DNA of 64,000 nucleotides from Squalus acanthias (Eukaryota), in assembly GCA_030390025.1 (NCBI GenBank), contig CM059438.1:58220001-58284000 (forward strand), in the 5' to 3' direction. Below the pieces are notes generated by a model. That model had not been told where the DNA came from, ran no database searches, and worked only from the letters and a program-made list of their open reading frames with translations. Below are positions 48,501 through 62,270 of the stretch, one piece after another. Position 1 is the first letter of the stretch; every line of letters starts with the position of its first letter. A program made the position numbers and the translations under genes.

Positions 48501-51500
48501 AGAGAGCGTTACAGTGAGGGTGTGGGGTATATCAGGGATTGTTACAGTGAGGTTGTGAGGTATATCAGAGAGTGTTACAGTGAGAGTGTTGTGTATATCA
48601 GAGAGTGTTACAGTGAGGGGGGTATATCAGAGAGTTTTACAGTGAGTGTGTGGGGTATATCAGAGTGTGTTACAGTGAGGGTGTGGGGTATATCAGAGAG
48701 TGTAACAGTGAGGGTGTGAGGTATATCAGCGAGTGTTACAGTGAGTGTGTGAGGTATATCAGAGAGTTACAGTGAGTGGTGTGGGGTGTATCAGAGAGTG
48801 TTACAGTGAGAGAGTTGGGTATATCGGAGAGTGTTACAGTGAGTGTGTGAGGTATATCAGAGTGTGTTACAGTGAGTGTGTGGGGTATATCAGAGTGTGT
48901 TACAGTGAGGGTGTGGCGTATGTCAGAGAGTGTTACAGTGAGGGGTGTTGGGTATATCAGAGTGTTACAGTGAGGGTTGTGTGGTATATCAGAGAGTGTT
49001 ACAGTGAGTGTGTGAGGTATATGAGAGAGTGTTACAGTGAGGGTGTGAGGTATATCAGAGAGTCAGAGTGAGAGTGTGGGGTATATCAGAGAGTCACAGT
49101 GAGAGTGTGGGGTATTTCAGAGTGTTACAGTGTGGAGTGTGTGGTATATCAGAGAGTGTTACAGTGAGGGTATGGCGTAAATCAGAGTGTTACAGTGAGA
49201 GTGTTGGGTATATCGGAGAGTGTTACAGTGAGTGTGGGGTATATCAGAGTGTGTTACAGTGAGTGTGTGGTGTATATCAGAGAGTGTTACAGTGAGGGTG
49301 TGGGGTATATCAGAGAGTGTTACAGTGAGGGTGTGAGGTATATCAGAGAGTGTTACAGTGAGGGGTGTGGTGTATATCAGAGAGTGTTACAGTGAGGGTG
49401 TGGGTTATATCAGAGAGTGTTACAGTGAAGGTGTGTTGTATATCAGAGAGTGTTACAGTGAGGGTGTGGGGTATATCAAAGAGTGTTACAGTGAGAGTGT
49501 TGTTTATATCGAAGAGTGTTACAGTGAGGGTGTGGGGTATATCAGAGTGTGTTACAGTGAGTGTGTGGGGTATATCAGAGAGTGTTGCAGTGAGAGTGTT
49601 GGGTATATCGGAGAGTGTTACAGTGAGTGTGTGGGGTATATCAGAGTGTTTTACAGTGAGTGTGTGGGGTATATCAGAGAGTGTTGGAGTGAGTGTGTGG
49701 GGTATATCAGAGAGTGTTACAGTGAGGATGTGGTGTATATCAGAGACTGTTACAGTGAGGGTATGGGGTATATCAGAGAGTGTTACTGTGAGTGTGTGGG
49801 GTATATCAGAGAGTGTTACAGTGAGAGTGTTGTGTATATCGGAGAGTGTTACAGTGAGTGTGTGGGGTATATCAGAGAGTGTTACAGTTAGTCTGTGGTG
49901 TATATCAGAGAGTGTTACAGTTAGTGTGTGAGGTATATCAGAGTGTGTTACTGTGAGTGTGTGGGGTATATCAGAGTGTGTTACAGTGAGGGTGTGGGGT
50001 ATATCAGAGAGTGTTACAGTGAGGGTGTGAGGTATATAAGAGAGTGTTACAGTGAGAGTGTTGGGTATATCGGAGAGTGTTACAGTGAGTGTGTGGGGTA
50101 TGTCAGAGTGTGTTACAGTGAGTGTGTGGGGTATATCAGAGTGTGTTACAGTGAGGGTGTGGCGTATGTCAGAGAGTGTTACAGTGAGGGTGTGAGGTAT
50201 ATCAGAGAGTGTTACAGTGAGGGTGTGGGGTATATCAGAGTGTTACAGTGAGGGTTGTGGGGTATATCAGAGAGTGTTACAGTGAGGGTATGGCGTATAT
50301 CAGAGAGTGTGACAGTGAGGGTGTGAGGTATATCAGAGAGTGTTACAGTGAGGGTGTGGGGTATATCAGAGTGTTACAGTGAGTGTGTGGGGTATATCAG
50401 AGAGTGTTACAGTGAGTGTGTGTGGTATATCAGAGTGTGTTACAGTGAGGGTGTGAGGTATATCAGAGAGTCAGAGTGAGAGTGTGGGGTATATCAGAGA
50501 GTCACAGTGAGAGTGTGGGGTATATCAGAGTGTTACAGTGTGGGGTGTGTGGTATATCAGAGAGTGTTACAGTGAGGGTATGGCGTAAATCAGAGTGTTA
50601 CAGTGAGTGTGGGGTATATCAGAGTGTGTTACAGTGAGTGTGTCTTGTATATCAGAGAGTGTTACAGTGAGGGTGTGGGGTATATCAGAGAGTGTTACAG
50701 TGAGGGTGTGAGGTATATCAGAAAGCTTTACATTGAGTGTGTGAGGTATATCAGAGTGTGTTACAGTGAGTGTGTGGGGCATATCAGAATGTGTTACAGT
50801 AAGGGTGTGGCGTATGTCAGAGAGTGTTACAGTGAGGGGTGTTGGGTATATCAGAGAGTGTTACATTGAGGGGTGTGGGGTATATCAGAGAGTGTTACAG
50901 TGCGGGTATGGCGTATATCACAGTGTTACAGTGAGGGTGTGAGGTATATCAGAGAGTGTTACAGTGAGGGGTGTGGTGTATATCAGAGAGTGTTACAGTG
51001 AGGGTGTGGGTTATATCAGAGAGTGTTACAGTGAAGGTGTGTTGTATATCAGAGAGTGTTACAGTGAGGGTGTGGGGTATATCAAAGAGTGTTACAGTGA
51101 GAGTGTTGTTTATATCGGAGAGTGTTACAGTGAGTGTGTGGGGTATATCAGAGAGTATTGCAGTGAGAGTGTTGGATATATCGGAGAGTGTTACAGTGAG
51201 TGTGTGGGGTATATCAGAGTGTTTACAGTGAGTGTGTGGGCTATATCAGAGAGTGTTACAGTGAGTGTGTGGTGTATATCAGAGAGTGTTACAGTGAGGG
51301 TGTGGGGTATTTCAGAGAATGTTACAGTGAGGGTGTGGGGTATATCAGAGAGTGTTACAGTGAGAGTGTTGTGTATATCGAGAGTGTTACAGTGAGTGTG
51401 TGGGGTATATCAGAGATTGTTACAGTTAGTGTGTGAGGTATATCAGAGTGTATTACAGTGAGTGTGTGGGGTATATCAGAGTGTGTTACAGTGAGAGTGT

Positions 51501-53465
51501 TGGGTATATCGGAGAGTGTTACAGTGAGTGTGGGGTATATCAGAGTGTGTTACAGTGAGTGTGTCGGGTATATCAGAGAGTGTTACAGTGAGTGTGTGGT
51601 GTATATCAGAGAGTGTTACTGTGAGGGTGTGGGGTATATCAGAGAGTGTTACAGTGAGGGTGTGGGGTATATCAGAGAGTGTTACAGTGAGAGTGTTGTG
51701 TATATCACAGTGTTACAGTGAGGGTGTGGGGTATATTACAGTGAGGGTGTGGGGTATATTACAGTGAGGGTGTGGGGTATATTACAGTGAGTGTGTGGTG
51801 TATATCAGAGAGTGTTACAGTGAGAGTGTGGGCTGTATCAGAGAGTATTACAGTGAGTGTGTGGGGCATATCAGAGTGTGTCACAGTGAGGGGTGTGGTG
51901 TGTATCAGAGTATTACAGTGAAGGTGTGGGGTATATCAGAGAGTGTTACAGCGAGGGTGTGGGGTATATTAGAGAGTGTTACAGTGAGGGTGTGGGGTAT
52001 ATCAGAGATTGTTACAGTGAGTGTGTGAGGTATATCAGAGTGTGTTACAGTGAGTGTGTGAGGTATATCAGAGTGTTACAGTGAGGGGTGTGGGGTATAT
52101 CAGAGAGTGTTACAGTGAGGGTGTGGGGTATATCAGAAAGTGTTACAGTGAGTGTGTGAGGTATATCAGAGTGTGTTACAGTGAGGATGTGGGGTATATC
52201 AGAGAGTGTTACAGTGATGGTGTGGGGTATATCAGAGAGTGTTACAGTGAGGGGTGTGGGGTATATCAGAGAGTGTTACAGTGAGGGTGTGGGGTATATC
52301 AGAAAGTGTTACAGTGAGTGTGTGAGGTATATCAGAGTGTGTTACAGTGAGGATGTGGGGTATATCAGAGAGTGTTACAGTGATGGTGTGGTGCACATCA
52401 GAGAGTGTTACAGTGAGGGTGTGAGGTATATCAGAGAGTGTTACAGTGAGAGTGTTGTGTATATCCGGGAGTGTTACACTGAGGGGGGAATATCAGAGAG
52501 TTTTACAGTGAGGGTGTGAGGTATATCAGAGTGTGTTACAGTGAGGGTGTGAGGTATATCAGAGAGTGTTACAGTGAGGGTGTGGGGTATATCAGAGAGT
52601 GTTACAGTGAGAGTGTTGTGTATATCAGAGAGTGTCACAGTGAGAGTGTTGTGTATATCAGAGAGTGTTACAGTGAGGGTGTGGGGTATATTACAGTGAG
52701 GGTGTGGGGTATATCAGAGAGTGTTACAGTGAGGGGTGTGGGGTATATCAGAGAGTGTTACAGTGAGGGTGTGGGGTATATCAGAGTGTGTTACAGTGAG
52801 GGTGTGGGGTATATCAGAGTGTGTTACAGTGAGTGTGTGAGGTATATCAGAGTGTGTTACATGAGGGTGTGAGGTATATCAGTGTGTTACAGTGAGGGTG
52901 TGGGGTATATCAGTGAGTGTTACAGTGAGGGTGTGGGGTATATCAGAGAGTGTTACAGTGAGAGTGTGGGGTATATCAGAGAGTGTTGCAGTGAGGGTGT
53001 GAGGTATATCAGGGAGTGATACACTGAGTGTGTGTGGTATATCAGAGAGTGTTAGAGTGAGGGTGTGGGGTATATCAGAGTGTGTTACAGTGAGGGGTGT
53101 GGCATATGTCAGAGAGTGTTACAGTGACGTGTGGGGTATATCAGAGAGTGTTACAGTGAGGGTGTGGGGTATATCAGAGAGTGTTAGAGTCAGGGTGTGG
53201 GGTATATCAGTGTGTTGCAGTGAGGGTGTGGGGTATATCAGAGAGTGTTACAGTGAGGGTGTGGGGTATATCAGAGAGTGTTACTGTGAGGGTGTGGGGT
53301 ATATCAGAGAGTGTTACAGTGAGAGTGTTGTGTATATCGGTGAGTGTTACAGTGAGGGTGTGGGGTATATCAGAGTGTGTTACAGTGAGTGTGTGGGGTA
53401 TATCAGAGAGTGTTACAGTGAGGGTGTGGGGTATATCAGAGAGTGTTACAGTGAGGGTGTGGGGT

Positions 53466-54496
53466 ATAGAAACATAGAAACATAGAAAATAGGTACAGGA
53501 GTAGACCATTCGGTCCTTCGAGCCTGCACCGCCATTCAATGCGTTCATGGCTGAACATGCTACCTCAGTACCCCATTCCTGCTTTCTCGCCATACCCCTT
53601 GATCCCCTTAGTTGTGAGTGTTATATCTAACTCCCTTTTGAATATATTTAGCGAACTGGCCTCAACAACCTTCTGTGGAAGAGAATTCCATAGATTCACC
53701 ACTCTCTGGGTGAAGAAGTTCCTCCTCAGCTCAGTCCTAAATGTCTTCCCCTTAATCCTTAGACTGTGACCCCTGGTTCTAGTTTTCCCTACCATTGGGA
53801 ACATTCTGCCCGCATCTAATTTGTCTAAACCAGTCAGGATATTAAATGTCTCTATAAGATCCCCCCTCATTCTTCTGAACTCCAGAGGATACAAGTTCAG
53901 TTGACCCAATCTTTCTTGATATGTCAGTCCGGCCATCCCAGGAATCAATCTAGTGAACCTTCGCTGCACTCCCTCAATAGCAAGAATGTCCTTCCTTAAG
54001 TTAGGAGACCAAAACTGCGCACAATACTCCAGGTGTGGCCTCACCAAGGCCCTGTACAACTGTAGCATCACCTCCCTACTCCTGTACTCAAATCCCCTTG
54101 CTATGAAGGCCATCATTCCGTTTGCTTTCTTGACTGCCTGCTGCACTTGCATTCCCACCTTCAGTGACTGATGTACCATGACGCCCAGGTCTCGTTGCAC
54201 CTCCCCTTTCCCTAATCTGCCACCATTCAGGTAATAGTCCGCCTCTCTATTTTTACCACCAAAGTGGATAACCTCACATTTATCCACATTGTACTTCATC
54301 TGCCATACATTTGCCCATTCACCCAACCTGTCCAAGTCACTCTGTAGCCTCCTAGCATCCTCCTCATTGTTCACACTGCCTCCCAATTTAGTGTCATCCG
54401 CAAATTTGGAGATAATACATTTAATCCCTTCGTCCAAATCATTAATATATAATGTAAACAGCTGGGGTCCCAGCACCGAACCCTGCGGTACCCCGC
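53466..54496 (-). mobile_element. 5'-truncated CR1, copy 1 within the satellite
   Basis: Nearly identical to 28119-29148; open 303-aa RT C-terminal frame. Confidence 0.96.
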
Positions 54497-55609
54497 ATAT
54501 TAGAGAGTGTTACAGTGAGAGTGTGGGGTATATCAGAGAGTGTTACAGTGATGGTGTGGTGCACATCAGAGAGTGTTACAGTGAGGGTGTGAGGTATATC
54601 AGAGAGTGTTACAGTGAGAGTGTTGTGTATATCCGGGAGTGTTACACTGAGGGGGGAATATCAGAGAGTTTTACAGTGAGGGTGTGAGGTATATCAGAGT
54701 GTGTTACAGTGAGGGTGTGAGGTATATCAGAGAGTGTTACAGTGAGGGTGTGGGGTATATCAGAGAGTGTTACAGTGAGAGTGTTGTGTATATCAGAGAG
54801 TGTCACAGTGAGAGTGTTGTGTATATCAGAGAGTGTTACAGTGAGGGTGTGGGGTATATCAGAGAGTTTTACAGTGAGGGTGTGGGGTATATCAGAGAGT
54901 GTTACAGTGAGTGTGTGGGGTATATCAGAGAGTGTTACAGTGAGGGTGTGGGGTATATCAGAGTGTGTTACAGTGAGTGTGTGAGGTATATCAGAGTGTG
55001 TTACATGAGGGTGTGAGGTATATCAGCGTGTTACAGTGAGGGTGTGGGGTATATCAGTGAGTGTTACAGTGAGGGTGTGGGGTATATCAGAGATTGTTAC
55101 AGTGAGAGTGTGGGGTATATCAGAGAGTGTTGCAGTGAGGGTGTGAGGTATATCAGGGAGTGATACACTGAGTGTGTGTGGTATATCAGAGAGTGTTAGA
55201 GTGAGGGTGTGGGGTATATCAGAGTGTGTTACAGTGAGGGGTGTGGCATATGTCAGAGAGTGTTACAGTGACGTGTGGGGTATATCAGAGAGTGTTACAG
55301 TGAGGGTGTGGGGTATATCAGAGAGTGTTAGAGTCAGGGTGTGGGGTATATCAGTGTGTTGCAGTGAGGGTGTGGGGTATATCAGAGAGTGTTACAGTGA
55401 GGGTGTGGGGTATATCAGAGAGTGTTACTGTGAGGGTGTGGGGTATATCAGAGAGTGTTACAGTGAGAGTGTTGTGTATATCGGTGAGTGTTACAGTGAG
55501 GGTGTGGGGTATATCAGAGTGTGTTACAGTGAGTGTGTGGGGTATATCAGAGAGTGTTACAGTGAGGGTGTGGGGTATATCAGAGAGTGTTACAGTGAGG
55601 GTGTGGGGT

Positions 55610-56640
55610 ATAGAAACATAGAAACATAGAAAATAGGTACAGGAGTAGACCATTCGGTCCTTCGAGCCTGCACCGCCATTCAATGCGTTCATGGCTGAAC
55701 ATGCTACCTCAGTACCCCATTCCTGCTTTCTCGCCATACCCCTTGATCCCCTTAGTTGTGAGTGTTATATCTAACTCCCTTTTGAATATATTTAGCGAAC
55801 TGGCCTCAACAACCTTCTGTGGAAGAGAATTCCATAGATTCACCACTCTCTGGGTGAAGAAGTTCCTCCTCAGCTCAGTCCTAAATGTCTTCCCCTTAAT
55901 CCTTAGACTGTGACCCCTGGTTCTAGTTTTCCCTACCATTGGGAACATTCTGCCCGCATCTAATTTGTCTAAACCAGTCAGGATTTTAAATGTCTCTATA
56001 AGATCCCCCCTCATTCTTCTGAACTCCAGAGGATACAAGTTCAGTTGACCCAATCTTTCTTGATATGTCAGTCCGGCCATCCCAGGAATCAATCTAGTGA
56101 ACCTTCGCTGCACTCCCTCAATAGCAAGAATGTCCTTCCTTAAGTTAGGAGACCAAAACTGCGCACAATACTCCAGGTGTGGCCTCACCAAGGCCCTGTA
56201 CAACTGTAGCATCACCTCCCTACTCCTGTACTCAAATCCCCTTGCTATGAAGGCCATCATTCCGTTTGCTTTCTTGACTGCCTGCTGCACTTGCATTCCC
56301 ACCTTCAGTGACTGATGTACCATGACGCCCAGGTCTCGTTGCACCTCCCCTTTCCCTAATCTGCCACCATTCAGGTAATAGTCCGCCTCTCTATTTTTAC
56401 CACCAAAGTGGATAACCTCACATTTATCCACATTGTACTTCATCTGCCATACATTTGCCCATTCACCCAACCTGTCCAAGTCACTCTGTAGCCTCCTAGC
56501 ATCCTCCTCATTGTTCACACTGCCTCCCAATTTAGTGTCATCCGCAAATTTGGAGATAATACATTTAATCCCTTCGTCCAAATCATTAATATATAATGTA
56601 AACAGCTGGGGTCCCAGCACCGAACCCTGCGGTACCCCGC
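55610..56640 (-). mobile_element. 5'-truncated CR1, copy 2 within the satellite
   Basis: Same junctions as copy 1, offset 2144 bp. Confidence 0.96.
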
Positions 56641-57723
56641 ATATTAGAGAGTGTTACAGTGAGAGTGTGGGGTATATCAGAGAGTGTTACAGTGAGGGTG
56701 TGGGGTATATTACAGTGAGGGTGTGGGGTATATTACAGTGAGGGTGTGGGGTATATTACAGTGAGGGTGTGGTGTATATTACAGTGAGGGTGTGGGGTAT
56801 ATCAGAGAGTGTTACAGTGAGTGTGTGAGGTATATCAGAGTGTGTTACAGTGAGGGTGTGGGGTATATCAGAGAGTGTTACAGTGAGGGTGTGGGGTATA
56901 TCAGAGAATGTTACAGTGAGTGTGTGAGGTATATCAGAGTGTGTTACAGTGAGGGTGTGGGGTATATCAGAGAGTGTTACAGTGAGTGTGTGAGGTATAT
57001 CAGAGTGTGTTACAGTGAGGGTGTGGGGTATATCAGAGAGTGTTACAGTGAGGGTGTGGGGTATATCAGAGAGTGTTACAGTGAGGGTGTGAGGTATATC
57101 AGAGAGTGTTACAGTGAGGGTGTGGGGTATATCAGAGAGTGTTACAGTGAGAGTGTGGGGTATATCAGAGAGTGTTACAGTGAGGGTGTGGGGTATATCA
57201 GAGAGTGTTACAGTGAGAGTGTGGGGTATATCAGAGAGTGTTACAGTGAGGGTGTGGGGTATATCAGAGAGTGTTACAGTGAGGGTGTGAGGTATATCAG
57301 AAAGTGTTTCATTGAGTGTGTGAGGTATATCAGAGTGTGTTACAGTGAGTGTGTAGGGCATATCAGAATGTGTTACAGTGAGGGTGTGGCGTATGTCAGA
57401 GAGTGTTACAGTGATGGGTGTTGGGTATATCAGAGTGTGTTACAGTGATTGTGTGGGGTATATCAGAGGGTGTTACAGTGAGTGTGTGGGGTATATCAGA
57501 GAGTGTTACAGTGAGGGTGTGGGGTATATCAGAGAGTGTTACAGTGAGGGTGTGGGGTATATCAGAGAGTGTTACAGTGAGAGTGTTGTGTATATCAGAG
57601 AGTGTTACAGTGAGGGTGTGGGGTATATCAGAGTGTGTTACAGTGAGTGTGTGGGGTATATCAGAGAGTGTTACAGTGAGGGTGTGGGGTATATCAGAGA
57701 GTGTTACAGTGAGGGTGTGGGGT

Positions 57724-58754
57724 ATAGAAACATAGAAACATAGAAAATAGGTACAGGAGTAGACCATTCGGTCCTTCGAGCCTGCACCGCCATTCAATGC
57801 GTTCATGGCTGAACATGCTACCTCAGTACCCCATTCCTGCTTTCTCGCCATACCCCTTGATCCCCTTAGTTGTGAGTGTTATATCTAACTCCCTTTTGAA
57901 TATATTTAGCGAACTGGCCTCAACAACCTTCTGTGGAAGAGAATTCCATAGATTCACCACTCTCTGGGTGAAGAAGTTCCTCCTCAGCTCAGTCCTAAAT
58001 GTCTTCCCCTTAATCCTTAGACTGTGACCCCTGGTTCTAGTTTTCCCTACCATTGGGAACATTCTGCCCGCATCTAATTTGTCTAAACCAGTCAGGATTT
58101 TAAATGTCTCTATAAGATCCCCCCTCATTCTTCTGAACTCCAGAGGATACAAGTTCAGTTGACCCAATCTTTCTTGATATGTCAGTCCGGCCATCCCAGG
58201 AATCAATCTAGTGAACCTTCGCTGCACTCCCTCAATAGCAAGAATGTCCTTCCTTAAGTTAGGAGACCAAAACTGCGCACAATACTCCAGGTGTGGCCTC
58301 ACCAAGGCCCTGTACAACTGTAGCATCACCTCCCTACTCCTGTACTCAAATCCCCTTGCTATGAAGGCCATCATTCCGTTTGCTTTCTTGACTGCCTGCT
58401 GCACTTGCATTCCCACCTTCAGTGACTGATGTACCATGACGCCCAGGTCTCGTTGCACCTCCCCTTTCCCTAATCTGCCACCATTCAGGTAATAGTCCGC
58501 CTCTCTATTTTTACCACCAAAGTGGATAACCTCACATTTATCCACATTGTACTTCATCTGCCATACATTTGCCCATTCACCCAACCTGTCCAAGTCACTC
58601 TGTAGCCTCCTAGCATCCTCCTCATTGTTCACACTGCCTCCCAATTTAGTGTCATCCGCAAATTTGGAGATAATACATTTAATCCCTTCGTCCAAATCAT
58701 TAATATATAATGTAAACAGCTGGGGTCCCAGCACCGAACCCTGCGGTACCCCGC
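57724..58754 (-). mobile_element. 5'-truncated CR1, copy 3 within the satellite
   Basis: Same junctions as copy 2, offset 2114 bp. Confidence 0.96.
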
Positions 58755-59693
58755 ATATTAGAGAGTGTTACAGTGAGAGTGTGGGGTATATCAGAGAGTG
58801 TTACAGTGAGGGTGTGGGGTATATTACAGTGAGGGTGTGGGGTATATTACAGTGAGGGTGTGGGGTATATTACAGTGAGGGTGTGGTGTATATTACAGTG
58901 AGGGTGTGGGGTATATCAGAGAGTGTTACAGTGAGTGTGTGAGGTATATCAGAGTGTGTTACAGTGAGGGTGTGGGGTATATCAGAGAGTGTTACAGTGA
59001 GGGTGTGGGGTATATCAGAGAATGTTACAGTGAGTGTGTGAGGTATATCAGAGTGTGTTACAGTGAGGGTGTGGGGTATATCAGAGAGTGTTACAGTGAG
59101 TGTGTGAGGTATATCAGAGTGTGTTACAGTGAGGGTGTGGGGTATATCAGAGAGTGTTACAGTGAGGGTGTGGGGTATATCAGAGAGTGTTACAGTGAGG
59201 GTGTGAGGTATATCAGAGAGTGTTACAGTGAGGGTGTGGGGTATATCAGAGAGTGTTACAGCGAGAGTGTGGGGTATATCAGAGAGTGTTACAGTGAGGG
59301 TGTGGGGTATATCAGAGAGTGTTACAGTGAGAGTGTGGGGTATATCAGAGAGTGTTACAGTGAGGGTGTGGGGTATATCAGAGAGTGTTACAGTGAGGGT
59401 GTGAGGTATATCAGAAAGTGTTTCATTGAGTGTGTGAGGTATATCAGAGTGTGTTACAGTGAGTGTGTAGGGCATATCAGAATGTGTTACAGTGAGGGTG
59501 TGGCGTATGTCAGAGAGTGTTACAGTGATGGGTGTTGGGTATATCAGAGTGTGTTACAGTGATTGTGTGGGGTATATCAGAGGGTGTTACAGTGAGTGTG
59601 TGGGGTATATCAGAGAGTGTTACAGTGAGGGTGTGGGGTATATCAGAGAGTGTTACAGTGAGGGTGTGGGGTATATCAGAGAGTGTTACAGTG

Positions 59694-60193
59694 NNNNNNN
59701 NNNNNNNNNNNNNNNNNNNNNNNNNNNNNNNNNNNNNNNNNNNNNNNNNNNNNNNNNNNNNNNNNNNNNNNNNNNNNNNNNNNNNNNNNNNNNNNNNNNN
59801 NNNNNNNNNNNNNNNNNNNNNNNNNNNNNNNNNNNNNNNNNNNNNNNNNNNNNNNNNNNNNNNNNNNNNNNNNNNNNNNNNNNNNNNNNNNNNNNNNNNN
59901 NNNNNNNNNNNNNNNNNNNNNNNNNNNNNNNNNNNNNNNNNNNNNNNNNNNNNNNNNNNNNNNNNNNNNNNNNNNNNNNNNNNNNNNNNNNNNNNNNNNN
60001 NNNNNNNNNNNNNNNNNNNNNNNNNNNNNNNNNNNNNNNNNNNNNNNNNNNNNNNNNNNNNNNNNNNNNNNNNNNNNNNNNNNNNNNNNNNNNNNNNNNN
60101 NNNNNNNNNNNNNNNNNNNNNNNNNNNNNNNNNNNNNNNNNNNNNNNNNNNNNNNNNNNNNNNNNNNNNNNNNNNNNNNNNNNNNNNNNNNNN
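59694..60193. other. Assembly gap, exactly 500 N
   Basis: Run of N; the round length suggests a placeholder of unknown true size. Confidence 0.99.
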
Positions 60194-62270
60194 CCCATCC
60201 CCGAGCCCCCACACCGACCCCACACCTCCCCGCCCCCACCCCCGACCCCACATCTCCCCACTCCCACCCCCGACCCCACAACTCCCCGCCCCCACCACCG
60301 AGCCCCACCCCCGACCCCACACCTCCTCACTCCCACCCCCGACCCCACGCCTCCCCGCCCCCACCCCCGAGCCCCCACCCCCGACCCCACACCTCCTCAC
60401 TCCCACCCCCGACCCCACGCCTCCCCGCCCCCACACCTCCCCGCCCCCACCCCCGAGGCCCCCACCCCCGACCCCACGCCTCCCCGCCCCCACACCTCCC
60501 CGCCCCCACCCCCGAGCCCCCACCCCCGACCCCTCACCTCCCCACTCCCACCCCCGACCCCACACCTCCCCGCCCCCACACCTCCCCGCCCCCATCCCCG
60601 AGCCCCCACCCCGACACCACACCTCCCCGCCCCCACCCCCGACCCCGCACCTCCCCGCCCCCATCCCCGAGCACCCACCCCGACCCCACACCTCCCCGCC
60701 CCCAACCCGAGCCCCCACCTCGACCCCACACCTCCCCGCCCCCAACCCGAGCCCCCACCTCGACCCCACACCTCCCCGCCCCCAACCCGAGCCCCCACCC
60801 CGACCCCGCACCTCCCCGCCCCCATCCCCGAGCCCCCACCCCGACCCCACACCTCCCCGCCCCCAACCCGAGCCCCCACCCCGACCCCGCACCTCCCCGC
60901 CCCCACCCCGACCCCGCACCTCCCCGCCCCCATCCCCGAGCCCCCACCCCGACACCACACCTCCCCGCCCCATCCCCGAGCACCCACCCCGACCCCACAC
61001 CTCCCCGCCCCCACCCCCGACCCCACACCTCCCCGCCCCATCCCCGAGCCCCCACCCCGACACCACACCTCCCCGCCCCCATCCCCGACCCCACACCTCC
61101 CCGCCCCATCCCCGACCCCACACCTCCCCGCCCCCATCCCCGACCCCACACCTCCCCGCCCCATCCCCGACCCCACACCTCCCCGCCCCCATCCCCGACC
61201 CCACACCTCCCCGCCCCATCCCCGAGCACCCACCCCGACCCCACACCTCCCCGCCCCCACCCCCGACCCCACACCTCCCCGCCCCATCCCCGAGCCCCCA
61301 CCCCGACCCCACACCTCCCCGCCCCCATCCCCGACCCCACACCTCCCCGCCCCATCCCCGACCCCACACCTCCCCGCCCCATCCCCGACCCCACACCTCC
61401 CCGCCCCCATCCCCGACCCCACACCTCCCCGCCCCCATCCCCGACCCCACACCTCCCCGCCCCATCCCCGACCCCACACCTCCCCGCCCCCATCCCCGAC
61501 CCCACACCTCCCCGCCCCATCCCCGAGCACCCACCCCGACCCCACACCTCCCCGCCCCCACCCCCGACCCCACACCTCCCCCGCCCCCAACCCGAGCCCC
61601 CACCCCGACCCCGCACCTCCCCGCCCCCACCCCCGACCCCACACCTCCCCGCCCCATCCCCGAGCCCCCACCCCGACACCACACCTCCCCGCCCCCATCC
61701 CCGAGCCCGCACCTCCCCGCCCCCATCCCCGACCCCACACCGCCCCGCCCCCATCCCCGAGCCCCCACCCCCGACCCCGCACCTCCCCGCCCCCACCCTG
61801 ACCCCACACCGCCCCGCCCCCATCCCCGAGCCCCCACCCCGACCCCACACCTCCCCGCCCCCAACCCGAGCCCCCACCCCCGACCCCACACCTCCCCGCC
61901 CCCATCCCCGAGCCCCTACCCCGACACCACACCTCCCCGCCCCCATCCCCGAGCCCCCACCCCGACACCATACCTCCCCGCCCCCACCCCCGACCCCACA
62001 CCTCCCCGCCCCCATCCCCGAGCCCCCACCCTGACCCCACACCTTCCCACCCGCACACCCGACCCCACACCTCCCCGCCCCCACACCTCCCAGCCCCCAC
62101 CCCCGACCCCACACATCCCCGACCCCACACCTCCCCACTCCCGAGGCCCCACCCCGCACTTCCCCACACCTCCCCGCGCCACCACCTCACCGCACCCACC
62201 CCCGACACCCACCTCCCCACACCTAATCCCCCACCTCCCCACGCCCGGCACCCCATCACCCCACCACACC
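60194..62270. repeat. Very C-rich, CpG-rich compound minisatellite built from CCCCGACCCCACACCTCCCCGCCCCCA and CCCCGAGCCCCCA units
   Basis: Directly visible tandem array that decays toward 62270. Confidence 0.95.

Larger units (their letters stand above)
39563..59693. repeat. ~20-kb satellite of a 33-bp unit CAGTGAGGGTGTGGGGTATATCAGAGAGTGTTA with 23-bp deletion variants
   Basis: Directly visible; 11-aa periodicity in the ORF track; runs into the N gap. Confidence 0.98.

Noticed and set aside
54487..54496. CR1 truncation end (taccccgc) nearly complementary to satellite gtggggta
   Set aside because: A 7-of-8 match from a single insertion event is too short to separate from chance.
39732..59562. 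Dozens of ORFs made of [22 protein letters not shown] or [11 protein letters not shown] repeats
   Set aside because: Translations of a 33-bp unit (a multiple of 3) that is open in several frames, with frequent frameshifting variants.
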